This document shows, in pieces, positions 17,306 through 26,758 of a stretch of 40,000 bases of DNA (its first letter is position 1; every line of letters begins with the position of its first letter). The notes beneath the pieces are model-generated. The model was not told the origin of the DNA. It was given only the letters and a program-made list of their open reading frames with translations, and searched no databases. Source of the stretch: an uncultured beta proteobacterium (GTDB lineage Bacteria; Pseudomonadota; Gammaproteobacteria; Burkholderiales; Burkholderiaceae_C); the NCBI GenBank assembly GCA_963818175.1, contig CAWFRK010000040.1, forward strand, positions 69,839-109,838. The letters run 5' to 3'. The translations under genes were made by a program, and so were the position numbers.

Positions 17306-18361
17306 TCAGTGCAGGCTGGCGCGCGGCGAGGCGGGCACGGTCTGCTCGCTGATCGAGGCGCCGGTATTGCGACCCCGCACGACGCGCAGTTCGATTTCTG
17401 CGGGCACCAGCTCTTGCAGGGCCGCGGTGTGCACGAGCTCCTCGGCCATCGCAGCCGAGGGCAGCATCGCGAAGCCGGTCGGGCCCCAGGAGCTCTGGCC
17501 GATGGCTGCATCGCCGTTGCGGGCCATCCATTGCATCAGCCTGGCGACCGCCTCGCTCGTGAAGGGCCCGCCGCCCTGGGCAGGCGCGAAATGGGCGCCG
17601 AGCAATTGCTGCAGGCGTGTGAGGCCCGCGGCGAAGGCGGCGAAGTCTTCATCGGCCGCGCCGGGCAGGATGCGCATCAGCACCTGGTGGCAGATCTCGG
17701 CGGCGGCTTCGCGGTCGAAGGGCGGCAGGGTCGCGAAGGCGCCCGTCTCGCCGCTGCCCGAGAGCCCGGCATGGCTGCGGTCGAGTGCCAGCACGATGCG
17801 CCAGCGCGAGGGGAAGTCCAGCCGCACCAGGGGCTCGGCGACGAGACCCGTCGCGCCCGGACCGGCATCGAGCAGCAGTCCGCCGCGCTCGAAGCCGGCC
17901 ACGCCCACCCCGGAACGCAGCCCCCGGCCGAGCCATTGCGCCAGCATTCCGGCGCGCATGTCCAGGCCGTGCACGCGAGCGAAGGCCCTGCCCACGGCCA
18001 GCGCGAGCTGGGTGCCGGAGCCGAGGCCGGCGTGCGAGGGCAGCAAGCGCGCGAGGTGCACCCGAAGGCCATGGCGCAGGCCGGTGCGCTCGCGCAGCGT
18101 CTGCAGGTGGGCCGCCACGCGCCCGAGCTGCGGCACGTCGCGTGCACGTTCTGTGGTCATTCGGTCTTCATCAGCCAGCGACATCTCCACCACCGTCTCG
18201 AACTGGTCGATCACCAGCCCGAGGCTGCCGAAGCGCCGGCCGAGCGAGCCGGCCGGATCGAGAAAGCCCAGGTGCAGGCGGCCCGGCGCGCGCACCTGGA
18301 CCTCCATGCGCTGGGTCGCGCTTGCCGGCTGGGAATGGGCGGAGGCGGGAGGACCGAACAC
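17306..18361 (-). CDS. mptG: Beta-ribofuranosylaminobenzene 5'-phosphate synthase (GHMP kinase fold)
   Basis: Motifs APGRLHLGFLDPAGSLGRRFGSLG and SHAGLGSGTQLALA. The start is either 18361 or the ATG at 18307. Confidence 0.8.
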   Translation of the reverse strand: MFGPPASAHSQPASATQRMEVQVRAPGRLHLGFLDPAGSLGRRFGSLGLVIDQFETVVEMSLADEDRMTTERARDVPQLGRVAAHLQTLRERTGLRHGLRVHLARLLPSHAGLGSGTQLALAVGRAFARVHGLDMRAGMLAQWLGRGLRSGVGVAGFERGGLLLDAGPGATGLVAEPLVRLDFPSRWRIVLALDRSHAGLSGSGETGAFATLPPFDREAAAEICHQVLMRILPGAADEDFAAFAAGLTRLQQLLGAHFAPAQGGGPFTSEAVARLMQWMARNGDAAIGQSSWGPTGFAMLPSAAMAEELVHTAALQELVPAEIELRVVRGRNTGASISEQTVPASPRASLH

Positions 18362-18632
18362 GATGTTTGCGAGCTGTTGGGGTAGGGGGTGCCATCTCGG
18401 CCCTCCGTGAGTAGCAAGCGGCGTTCCCCTGCGTGCACGCCGCTATTCGCCCCAACGCGGGCCACGCGCTCTGCCGCCCAGGCTCCTGGCCTTCGGCTTC
18501 TCTCATGTCACAAGCTGTCACGCTTTTGTGGTGCGCTGGGCTGCTCAATCACAGTACAGCCGCTCTGGATTTGCTCCAGATTTGCGCATACGATCCCCGA
18601 CGACCGCTGCCAGCGGACAAGGAGGGTCGCCA

Positions 18633-20753
18633 ATGCCTGCGAGCCACAACGACACCCTGGGGTCAAGGAACCGCAAGACCGAGCCCGTGTTCGGTGCCGG
18701 TGTGCTTCCACCGGACCCTGCCCACCTGGAGGCCATCCGCAAGTCGCATGAGCGCTGCGAGGCGCTGGGCCTGAGCCGCATCGGCCAGCCTGACTACACG
18801 CCCATGGTGCGGGCCGACCTCGCGGTGGCACGTGACCGCGACCACCGCCTGTACCTGCATGCCGCGCCCGTGATGGAACTGCTGCTCGAGCAGATCGACC
18901 TCACCAAGAGCATGGTGGTGCTCACCGATGCGCACGGCACCATCCTGCATTCGGTCGGGCATGCCGACTTCCTCGAAGGCGGCTCGAAGGTGGCGCTGGC
19001 GGCCGGCGTCAACTGGTCCGAGTCGAGCAAGGGCACCAATGGCATGGGCACTGCGCTCGTCAGCGAGGTGCCCACCCTCGTGCATGCCGAAGAGCACTTC
19101 ATGCTCGCCAACAACTTCCTCACCTGCTCGGCGGCACCCATCTTCGACCCGCGCGGCAATGCGCTGGGCGTGCTCGACGTGACCGGCGACCATCGCTCGT
19201 ATCACACGCACACGATGGGACTGGTCAAGATGTCGGCCCGCATGATCGAGAACCACTGGCTGACCGACGACTTCCGCCATGCGCTGCGGCTGCACTTCCA
19301 CAGCCGGCCGGAATTCATCGGCACGTTGATGGAAGGCATTGCCGCCGTCGGCCGCGATGGCCGCTTCCTCGGCGCCAACCGCGCCGCGCTCGAGCAGCTC
19401 GGCATCAGCGGCGCGGCGCTGCGCATGAACAGCATCGTGAGCCTGTTCGGCACCACGGTGGCGGCGGTCATCGACCACTTCCGCTCGCCGATCGCGGTGC
19501 CCATGCAGCTCACGCTGAGCAACGGGCACAAGGTGCACATGCAGGCTCGCTTCAATTGGCCGAGCTGGTATTCGCTGGGCAGCCTGAGCGCCGAGCCCAC
19601 GCCCTTCGATGCGGCACAGCCGGCCAGCGAGGGGCGCGGGGAGCAGGAGGCACCGGCCGAGCCCGTGCCTTCGGCAAGGACGAGCGCTCATTCGCATGGC
19701 GAGCCGCGGCTTCCGCACCTGGGCTACCTGCAGAGCGGCGATCCGCAGATGGAGGCGGTGATCGGCAAGATCCGCCGCGTGCTCAACCGCGACATCTCGG
19801 TGCTGATCCTCGGCGAGACGGGCACCGGCAAGGAACTGCTGGCGCGCGCGATCCACCACGATTCGGAGCGCGCGCGGCATCCGTTCGTGGCGGTCAATTG
19901 CGCATCGCTGCCGGAGACGCTGATCGAGTCGGAGCTGTTCGGCTACGAGGAGGGCGCCTTCACCGGCGCGCGCCGCAAGGGCGCGCTCGGCAAGATCCTG
20001 CAGGCCAACGGCGGCACGCTCTTTCTCGACGAGATCGGCGACATGCCCTTGCCCTTGCAGGTGCGGCTGCTGCGCGTGCTGCAGGAGCGGCAGGTGTCGC
20101 CGCTGGGCAGTGCCAAGTCGGTCGCGGTCGACGTGTCCGTCATCAGCGCCACCCATTGCAACCTGCGCGAGATGATCGAGCGCCACGCCTTCCGCGAGGA
20201 CCTCTACTACCGCCTCAACGGGCTGGTGGTGCGGCTGCCCTCGCTGCGCGAGCGGACCGACCTGATGCCGATCGTGCAGAAGATCTTGCGCGCCGAGTGC
20301 AACGGCAGCCCACCGGGCCTCGCGGCCGACGTGGTGCGCCTGTTCGAGCGCAGCCGCTGGCCGGGCAACATCCGGCAGCTCAACAACGTGCTGCGCACCG
20401 CGGCCGTGATGGCGGCTGGTGAAGGGCTCATCACTCGCTCGCATCTGTCCGACGATTTCATCGAAGAGGCGCAGACCGAGCTGAACGCGCAAGGGTCGAG
20501 GGGCGGCGGTGGAATCCACCTGGTTGCCGGCGCCGCTGACTCGAAGATCCACGGCGAAGCGAATGCCGCGGGGCGAATCGCCAGCGGCCATGCCGGCGCG
20601 CCGATGACGCTCGAGGAAATGGAGCTGCAATCCATCCGCAGCGCGGTCGAGGAGGCGGGCGGCAACATCTCGGTCGCCTCCAAGCGGCTGGGCATCAGCC
20701 GCAACACCATCTACCGAAAGCTCAGGCCGGGCAAGGGGTCGGAGGCGGGTTAG
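18633..20753 (+). CDS. Sigma-54-dependent transcriptional activator, AcoR-like (GAF-type N-terminus, AAA+ core, Fis HTH)
   Basis: ATG 18633 lies behind aaggaggg. Motifs [32 protein letters not shown] and the C-terminal [21 protein letters not shown] are all present. Confidence 0.85.
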   Translation: MPASHNDTLGSRNRKTEPVFGAGVLPPDPAHLEAIRKSHERCEALGLSRIGQPDYTPMVRADLAVARDRDHRLYLHAAPVMELLLEQIDLTKSMVVLTDAHGTILHSVGHADFLEGGSKVALAAGVNWSESSKGTNGMGTALVSEVPTLVHAEEHFMLANNFLTCSAAPIFDPRGNALGVLDVTGDHRSYHTHTMGLVKMSARMIENHWLTDDFRHALRLHFHSRPEFIGTLMEGIAAVGRDGRFLGANRAALEQLGISGAALRMNSIVSLFGTTVAAVIDHFRSPIAVPMQLTLSNGHKVHMQARFNWPSWYSLGSLSAEPTPFDAAQPASEGRGEQEAPAEPVPSARTSAHSHGEPRLPHLGYLQSGDPQMEAVIGKIRRVLNRDISVLILGETGTGKELLARAIHHDSERARHPFVAVNCASLPETLIESELFGYEEGAFTGARRKGALGKILQANGGTLFLDEIGDMPLPLQVRLLRVLQERQVSPLGSAKSVAVDVSVISATHCNLREMIERHAFREDLYYRLNGLVVRLPSLRERTDLMPIVQKILRAECNGSPPGLAADVVRLFERSRWPGNIRQLNNVLRTAAVMAAGEGLITRSHLSDDFIEEAQTELNAQGSRGGGGIHLVAGAADSKIHGEANAAGRIASGHAGAPMTLEEMELQSIRSAVEEAGGNISVASKRLGISRNTIYRKLRPGKGSEAG

Positions 20754-20777
20754 GGCCTGCCAGCCAGCGGGCCCTAA
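20750..20777 (+). terminator. 8-bp perfect stem hairpin straddling the activator stop codon (no U-tract)
   Basis: TTAGGGCC-N12-GGCCCTAA. Confidence 0.3.
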
Positions 20778-20782
20778 GACAA

Positions 20783-20811
20783 TGACGTCATGAAATCGCT
20801 TCATGACGTCA
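20783..20811. promoter_or_regulatory. 12-bp perfect inverted repeat covering the LLM oxidoreductase start codon
   Basis: TGACGTCATGAA-atcgc-TTCATGACGTCA. It contains two TGACGTCA octamers, and the ATG at 20790 lies inside the left arm. Confidence 0.45.
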
Positions 20812-21791
20812 AGCTCGCGATGCTCGACCTGGTGGCCGTTCGCGAAGGCGGCACGGTGGCCGATGCACTGGCCATTGCGCTGCGCACCGCGCAGCATGCC
20901 GAAGCGCTAGGCTTCATGCGCTATTGGCTGGCCGAGCATCACAACATGCAAGGCATCGCCAGCTCCGCCACTGCCGTGCTGGTGGGGCACATCGCCGCCG
21001 GCACCCGCCGCATGCGAGTCGGCTCGGGCGGCGTGATGCTGCCCAACCATGCGCCGCTGGTGGTGGCCGAAGCCTTCGGCACCTTGGCCGAGCTCTACCC
21101 CGGCCGCATCGACCTGGGCCTCGGACGCGCGCCCGGCACGGACCAGGCGACGATGCGCGCGCTGCGCCGCGACCGCATCGAGCGGGAGGAGGACTTCCCG
21201 CGTGACGTGGCCGAGCTGCAGCAGTTGCTCGCGCAGCCCGAGCCCGGGCAGCGCCTGATCGCGATGCCCGGCGCGGGCACCGAGGTGCCGATCTGGCTGC
21301 TGGGGTCGAGCCTGTTTTCTGCGCGGCTGGCGGCCGAACGCGGTCTGCCTTACGCCTTTGCATCGCACTTCGCACCGCGCCTGTTGCTGGCCGCAATCGA
21401 GCTGTATCGCCGCGAATTCCGGCCCTCGGCCACGTTGGCGCAGCCCTACGTGATGATCGGCGTGCCAATGATCGCTGCGCCGACCGACGAGGAGGCCGAG
21501 TTCCTCGCCAGCAGCACCCATCAACGCGTGCTGGGCATCCTGCGCGGCGATCGCAGGCGACTGCAGCCGCCGGTCGAGAACTACCTGGCGCAGCTGCATC
21601 CGCAGGAGAGGGCGGCCATCGAGGACTTTCTCGCGATGGCGGTGATCGGCGGGCCCGACACCGTGCGCCGGGGCTTCGAGACGCTGGCGGGCGCGACTCA
21701 GGCCGATGAATTCATGCTCGTCTGCGATGTGTTCGATCCGCAGTTGCGGCTTCGTGCGCTCGACATTGCCGCCGGGGCCATCAAGGCCTGA
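20790..21791 (+). CDS. LLM-class flavin-dependent oxidoreductase (luciferase-like, YhbW-type)
   Basis: Motifs [34 protein letters not shown] and [12 protein letters not shown]. Confidence 0.85.
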   Translation: MKSLHDVKLAMLDLVAVREGGTVADALAIALRTAQHAEALGFMRYWLAEHHNMQGIASSATAVLVGHIAAGTRRMRVGSGGVMLPNHAPLVVAEAFGTLAELYPGRIDLGLGRAPGTDQATMRALRRDRIEREEDFPRDVAELQQLLAQPEPGQRLIAMPGAGTEVPIWLLGSSLFSARLAAERGLPYAFASHFAPRLLLAAIELYRREFRPSATLAQPYVMIGVPMIAAPTDEEAEFLASSTHQRVLGILRGDRRRLQPPVENYLAQLHPQERAAIEDFLAMAVIGGPDTVRRGFETLAGATQADEFMLVCDVFDPQLRLRALDIAAGAIKA

Positions 21792-22279
21792 AGCTCGCGC
21801 AGGGCGCGCAGCGGGCTCGGCCTGTCGCTCCTGATGGTGAACCAGTACACCCAGGCCAGGATGGCGAGTTGCAAGGGAGCGCGGATCCACAGGTACACCG
21901 GGCCCCAGGCGTGGCCGCCCATCGGCACATGCTCGAAGGCCGCATGGACGTTGGCGGGAAAGAAGGCCACCAGCACCGCCGCCGCGAGCCAGCCTGCGTG
22001 CGATCGATAGGCGGGGAGCATGAAGCCGAGCGCAATGGCGATCTCCAGGAAGCCGGTGAGATAGACCAGTTCGATGCGAGCTGGCACCCAGGGCGGCAGC
22101 ATCGAGGCCATCGCTTCGGTCTGCACGAAGTGGCCGCTGGCGGTGAAGAGAAACAGCAGTCCGAGGCCGACAGCGGCAGAGGAACGGGCATCCGTCGAGC
22201 GCCTCGTCAAGGCGGAATGCAGCCGCACCAGAAGATACGGCGCCGTCATCAGCAAGAGCATCAGCAGTGGTGTCGTCAT
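21698..22279 (-). CDS. DoxX-like family membrane protein; 3' end overlaps the LLM gene by 94 nt
   Basis: Starts [17 protein letters not shown] at 22279. It has four hydrophobic segments and [10 protein letters not shown]. Confidence 0.55.
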   Translation of the reverse strand: MTTPLLMLLLMTAPYLLVRLHSALTRRSTDARSSAAVGLGLLFLFTASGHFVQTEAMASMLPPWVPARIELVYLTGFLEIAIALGFMLPAYRSHAGWLAAAVLVAFFPANVHAAFEHVPMGGHAWGPVYLWIRAPLQLAILAWVYWFTIRSDRPSPLRALRELQALMAPAAMSSARSRNCGSNTSQTSMNSSA

Positions 22280-22516
22280 GGCGGTCTTCCTGGTCGAGGG
22301 GTCGATGGCTCGAAGCTTAGACAGCGGTCCCGGGGCCTGCATCCGGCTTGCGACGAAACGCCGGAGCGGGCGCCCGAAAGCACCTGCGGCAGTCGCGAGA
22401 TGTGTGGGGGAACACCCGACTGCAGCGGGTCATGGCTTCATGGTCGAATGCAAGAGCCAGCCGGCATGCGCAAAGCCGGCAAGGTCATTGCAAACAAATC
22501 CAGGAGGCTTTCCCCC

Positions 22517-23495
22517 ATGAAGATGTTCCGATTCCTCGCCATTGCGTCGGCAATGGCGAGCCTGTGTGCAGGTGCCGCCGCACAAGGCACCTATCCCGAC
22601 CAAGCCGGTGACCCTGGTCGTTCCCTTCGCAGCCGGTGGCCCCACCGACGTGGTCGCGCGTGCCCTCGGTGCCGCGATGACCAAGACCCTCGGGCAAAGC
22701 GTCGTGGTAGAGAACAAGACGGGCGCCGGCGGCACGCTGGCCTCGGGCTACGTCGCCAAGGCGGCGCCGGATGGCTACACCATCCTGATCCACCACAACG
22801 GCATGGCAACCGCTCCCGCGCTGTATCGCAAGCTTCCTTTCAACGCACTTGAAGACTTCGAGTACATCTCGCAGGCGGTCGATGTTCCGATGACCATGCT
22901 GGGCCGCAAGGACCTGCCGCCCAACAACCTCAAGGAACTGATTCCGTACCTGAAGACCAACGCGTCCAAGATCAACCTCGCGCACGCCGGGCTGGGCGCG
23001 GTGTCGCACCTGTGCAGCCTGATGTTCCGGCAAGCCATCGGCGTGGAGCTGCAGACCGTTCCTTACCAGGGGACCGCTCCGGCGATGAACGCGCTGCTCG
23101 GCGGGCAGGTCGATGTCATGTGCGACCAGACCACGCAGACCACGCAGCACATCAAGGCCGGCACGGTGAAGATGTACGGCGTGACGACCTCCAGCCGGAT
23201 CAAGGCGCTGCCCGACGCGCCGACCCTCGACGAACAGGGGCTCAAGGGCTTCCAGGTGGTGGTGTGGCACGGCATCTATGCCCCCAAGGGCACGCCCAAG
23301 CCGGTGATCGAGAAGCTCAACGCCTCGGTGCGCGCCGCCCTGAAGGATGCGACCGTGCAACAGCGCATGGCCGAGCTGGGCGCGGAGATCGTGCCGGAGT
23401 CCAAGCAGACGCCCGAAGGCCTGCAGACCTGGCTGAAGGAGGAAATCGATCGCTGGGGGCCGGTGATCCGCGCGGCGGGTGTCTATGCAGATTGA
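22517..23495 (+). CDS. Bug-family (TctC-like) tripartite tricarboxylate transporter substrate-binding protein, 1-nt frameshift near 22600
   Basis: The signal peptide MKMFRFLAIASAMASLCAGAAAQGTYPD is in the frame of ORF 21869..22852; the remainder KPVTLVVPFAAGGPTD... is in ORF 22542..23495. The sequence 'gac c aag ccg gtg' suggests one extra c. Confidence 0.8.
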
Positions 23496-23580
23496 GTGAG
23501 GCCAGCGCCGGTGCGCCGTCCCCGCCGACGCAGGCCGGCTCAGGAGCCGCGCCACCCTCGACGCATGAACCCAGCGCCAG

Positions 23581-23707
23581 CGAGCGGGAGCCGCGGACCG
23601 GCTTTGCCGGCGTCGCATCCTGACGGCGGAGAGCCCTCCTGGCCGACCTGCGTCGGCTGGCGGAGCCCCCTTGGCGGGGGTCGGCGCGAAGCGCCTACGG
23701 GGGTGGT
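23581..23707. repeat. Second copy of the REP-like element seen at 2571-2862
   Basis: It shares the head agcgggagccgcggaCcggcttTgccgg and the tail ctggcggagccccctt..ggggg..gcgcgaagcgcctacgggggtgg. Confidence 0.8.
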
Positions 23708-23712
23708 TCACT

Positions 23713-23955
23713 TCAAACGTCGAGTTCGAAGACCAGCGCAGCGGCCTTCTCGGGCACGCTGTGCCCCGCAAGGCCCTGGCCCCATTCGGGGCCTTGCGCT
23801 CCCCGCAAGGGCATGACGCCTGCGGTCATCACCGCGACCTCTTCCGAGGAGGCGTCGAAATCTCCCAGGTAGGCACGATCGGCCGCAAACAATCGGGCCA
23901 CCATCGCGCCTGCCGATTCAATGAGAACCAGGTACTTGACCCGCTTGTTGTGCAT
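23713..23955 (-). CDS. Hypothetical small protein (80 aa)
   Basis: The ORF has a GGAG 6 nt upstream of the ATG; I recognise no family. Confidence 0.3.
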   Translation of the reverse strand: MHNKRVKYLVLIESAGAMVARLFAADRAYLGDFDASSEEVAVMTAGVMPLRGAQGPEWGQGLAGHSVPEKAAALVFELDV

Positions 23956-24015
23956 CTCCGGCTCCGGCAGATCGAATGCCTCAGCCTAGCACCTGGGAGC
24001 CTGGGCCCAGGGGCC

Positions 24016-24546
24016 TCAGTTGTGACTGTGCTGGTGGGCGGCCTTTTCGCTTGCGGGCACTTGTGCCTGCGACGCCGGGCCCTGCGAGCCGAGCGCTTCG
24101 ACCTTCACCTGCACGGTCACTTCGCCCGCCCTTTCGAACTTCAGGCGCAGGGGCACGCTGTCGCCGACCTTCAGCGGCTCTTTCAAGCCCATGAACATGA
24201 TGTGCAGGCCACCCGGCTTGAGCTCGATGGTCTGGCCTGCCGGGATGTCCAGCGCGCCAAGCTCGCGCATCCGCATCACGTTGCCTTCCATCGCCATGGT
24301 GTGGATCTCGGCGGACTTGGCGGCTGCCGTGCTTGCCGAAACCAGCTTGTCCCCTCCGGTCCCGGTGTTCTGCAGCTTCAGGAAGGCCCCGCCGGCCTGC
24401 TGGCCCGGCACCGTGGCCCGTGCCCAGGGATGTCCGATTTGAATCGGCCCCACTTGGTATTCATGCGCCCGCACGGGCGTGGCTGCCAGGACGGACAGCA
24501 GACCTGAAACGGCCAGAAATGCCTTGAATCGGTGAAGTTGGTGCAT
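24016..24546 (-). CDS. Periplasmic copper chaperone PCu(A)C (DUF461)
   Basis: Signal peptide present. HPWARAT and EIHTMAMEGNVMRM..LHIMFMGL form the His/Met copper motif. Confidence 0.85.
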   Translation of the reverse strand: MHQLHRFKAFLAVSGLLSVLAATPVRAHEYQVGPIQIGHPWARATVPGQQAGGAFLKLQNTGTGGDKLVSASTAAAKSAEIHTMAMEGNVMRMRELGALDIPAGQTIELKPGGLHIMFMGLKEPLKVGDSVPLRLKFERAGEVTVQVKVEALGSQGPASQAQVPASEKAAHQHSHN

Positions 24547-24655
24547 GGCGAAGCTCGACGCCCGTTATGGGGAAGCGGCAGATTTTGCCTGACGAGCACG
24601 ATGCGAGCAGAAACGCCCCGGGGTTGGCTTCCGGGCATTGTTGATACGGAAGCAA

Positions 24656-24702
24656 CCTGGATTCACCAGGCCTGGACGTGGAAACGCCCTGGATTCACCA
24701 GG
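24656..24702. promoter_or_regulatory. Two identical 15-bp palindromes CCTGGATTCACCAGG, 32 nt apart, between the hns-like stop and the PCu(A)C start
   Basis: Copies at 24656-24670 and 24688-24702. On the minus strand each hairpin is followed by a T-containing tract (cgtttcc / ttgcttcc), so terminator or operator function is equally possible. Confidence 0.4.
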
Positions 24703-24744
24703 GCGTGGTGCGGGGTGCGGCCCCGGAAGGCCTTGTCCGCGAAG

Positions 24745-25056
24745 TCAGATGGAGAGGTCGTTCAGGCTCTTGCCCGAAGCCAGCGCGGCTTCCACCCATT
24801 TAGGTTGGCGGCCGCGGCCCGTCCAGGTTTCGCCAGTGGCGGTGTTACGGTATTTGGGGGCGACCTTGCTGCCCTTGGCGGCGCTGGTCTTTGCGGCGCT
24901 GGCGCCCTTGCCGCTCAGGTCAGCCACCGAGAGGCCATATTGCGCCATGAGCCCCTTGATCTGCGCAACGGCGTCGGACAATTCCTGTTTGCGAGCCTGC
25001 TCGATTTGCCTGTCGAGTTCGGCTTTCTGGGCGAGAAGTTCTTGGTATGTGGCCAT
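24745..25056 (-). CDS. H-NS family nucleoid-associated protein
   Basis: The N-terminus MATYQELLAQKAELDRQIEQARKQE is a coiled coil, and the C-terminus carries the ETWTGRGRQPKW DNA-binding motif. Confidence 0.85.
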   Translation of the reverse strand: MATYQELLAQKAELDRQIEQARKQELSDAVAQIKGLMAQYGLSVADLSGKGASAAKTSAAKGSKVAPKYRNTATGETWTGRGRQPKWVEAALASGKSLNDLSI

Positions 25057-25198
25057 CTTGATAATCTCGAACGGTGATTGAAAGAGAACTGGTCCAGCGA
25101 GGTACGACGTCATAATAGCTTGGACGTTCCGAATCAACAACCCTGCATTTGCCCGAAGCTGAAAATTCCACGCGCAAACCGTGTTATTGGTCTCAAGT

Positions 25199-25228
25199 AA
25201 AAAACCCGCGCGGGAGAACCGGGCGGGT
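25199..25228 (-). terminator. Rho-independent terminator downstream of the iron-binding protein gene
   Basis: Minus strand reads ACCCGCCCGGTTCTCCCGCGCGGGTTTTTT. Confidence 0.6.
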
Positions 25229-25274
25229 CGATGAAGGGAGGGTGCGTGGCCTCGCGCACCTGGAGCAGGGAAGC

Positions 25275-26327
25275 TTACTTGTAGCCCACGCGGTCCAGCA
25301 ATTGCTGCACCTTGCCCGTATTTGCGCCCACCACTGAAATCGGGATCAGCTCGCTCTTGAAGCTGCCGAGCGTTTCAAGCGCCGGGTTCTCCGCCTTCAC
25401 GCTGGCGACCGCAGGATACTCGTTGTTCCCGTTGGCGAAGTAGATTTGAGCCTGGTCGCTGGCGAGGTACTCGAGGAATTTCACGGCCGACTCGCGGTTT
25501 TTTGCATTCTTGGCCATGGCGCCGCCGGCCACATTGACATGCGTGCCCCAGCTCTGCTGGTTGGGAAACACCACGCCAACCTTGTTCATAACCTCCTTGT
25601 CCGCCGGAGCGGAGGAGCGCATCAGGCGCGCGACGTAATAGCTGTTGGAAATCGCTATCCCGCATTCGCCGCTGGCCACCGACTTGATCTGGTCGGTATC
25701 GCCACCCTTGGGTTCGCGCGCCATGTTGCCGACCACGCCCTTGGCCCAGGCCTCGGTCTTCTCGGGGCCGAGGTGCTCCATCATCGAGCCGATCAGCGAG
25801 AGGTTGTAGGGGTGCGAGCCGGAGCGGGTGCAGACCTTGCCCTTGTTCTTGGCATCGGCCAGCTCTTCGTAGGTGTCGACATCGTCGCGCTTGACGGTGT
25901 CCTTGTTGTAGACGATCACGCGGGCGCGGGTCGAGAAGCCGAACCATTCCGGGCCCTGGCCGTTGTCCTTGCCGTGCAGCTTGGCGGGAATGCGCTCGTC
26001 GAGCAGCTTGGACTTGACCGGCGCGAACAGGCCGTCGGCCTCGGCGCGCCACAGGCGCGCGGCGTCCACCAGCAGGATCACGTCGGCCGGGCTCGACGCT
26101 CCCTCGCTCTTGAGCCGGGCGAGGATGCCGGCATCATCCGCGTCGACGCGGTTGATCTTGATGCCGGTGGCCTTGGTGAAGTTGTCGTAAAGGGCCTCGT
26201 CAGTCTGGTAGTGGCGGGCCGAATACAGGTTCAATACCTTGTCCTGCGCAAGCGATGGGGCGCAAGACAGCGCCAACAGGGCGGCAAGCGAGCTCAGGCG
26301 AGCAGCAACGCAGACAGACATGGGCAC
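25275..26327 (-). CDS. Fe(3+) ABC transporter periplasmic substrate-binding protein (FbpA/SfuA-like)
   Basis: Signal peptide present, with LNLYSARHYQTDEALY, SNSYYVARL and NEYP motifs. Confidence 0.8.
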   Translation of the reverse strand: MPMSVCVAARLSSLAALLALSCAPSLAQDKVLNLYSARHYQTDEALYDNFTKATGIKINRVDADDAGILARLKSEGASSPADVILLVDAARLWRAEADGLFAPVKSKLLDERIPAKLHGKDNGQGPEWFGFSTRARVIVYNKDTVKRDDVDTYEELADAKNKGKVCTRSGSHPYNLSLIGSMMEHLGPEKTEAWAKGVVGNMAREPKGGDTDQIKSVASGECGIAISNSYYVARLMRSSAPADKEVMNKVGVVFPNQQSWGTHVNVAGGAMAKNAKNRESAVKFLEYLASDQAQIYFANGNNEYPAVASVKAENPALETLGSFKSELIPISVVGANTGKVQQLLDRVGYK

Positions 26328-26363
26328 TCCTTTGGTGTTGAGTGCCGCATTCTAAGCGCGAAC

Positions 26364-26376
26364 AAGAATGATTCTT
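26364..26376. promoter_or_regulatory. Fur-box-like perfect palindrome in the promoter of the iron-binding protein gene
   Basis: AAGAAT-G-ATTCTT. The surrounding 19-mer matches the Fur consensus GATAATGATAATCATTATC at about 11/19 by my hand alignment. Confidence 0.35.
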
Positions 26377-26396
26377 ATGTATTGATGCGCGGAGGG

Positions 26397-26669
26397 TCAG
26401 GTCGAAGGTGGCACGTAGCCGGCCGGCTGTTCCGCGCCTTCGCCGAAGAAATAGCGCTCCATTTGCCGGGCGAGATATTGGCGAGCCCGCGCGTCGGCGA
26501 GATTCAGGCGGTTTTCATTCACCAGCATGGTCTGGTGCTTGAGCCAGCCTTGCCAAGCCTCCTTGCTGACGTGCTCGTAGATGCGCTTGCCCAGTTCGCC
26601 GGGGTAAGGCGGGAAATCGAGGCCTTCGGCCTCTTTCTTCAAGTAGACGCAGTTGACGGTGCGGGCCAT
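26397..26669 (-). CDS. yggX: Fe(2+)-trafficking / oxidative-damage protection protein
   Basis: [56 protein letters not shown], 90 aa. Confidence 0.9.
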   Translation of the reverse strand: MARTVNCVYLKKEAEGLDFPPYPGELGKRIYEHVSKEAWQGWLKHQTMLVNENRLNLADARARQYLARQMERYFFGEGAEQPAGYVPPST

Positions 26670-26758
26670 CGTGAATCCTTGGATGCGGGGTGGAGAAAAG
26701 GGGGATTTTCGCAGCAGGCGGAATGCCCTCCGCCTTGACCCGCCTTGCGGCGGGCGTT

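Noticed and set aside
18389-18394. Perfect sigma-54 -24 element TGGCAC (minus strand) upstream of mptG.
   Set aside because: The -12 position reads ACCC with no GC at the required spacing. It also falls inside the ORF if mptG starts at 18361.
18506-18521. Direct repeat TGTCAC-aagc-TGTCAC in the mptG/activator intergenic region as an enhancer-binding site.
   Set aside because: It is too short to distinguish from chance, and there is no matching inverted partner or second copy near the candidate sigma-54 sites.
18663-20897. Very long antisense ORFs (e.g. 18663..20897-, 22485..23771-, 4107..5747+, 15164..16957+, 196..1134-, 17255..18385+).
   Set aside because: They lie opposite genes with clear family motifs. 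Their products are Arg/Ala/Gly/Pro-rich low-complexity strings typical of stop-poor antisense frames in roughly 70% GC DNA.
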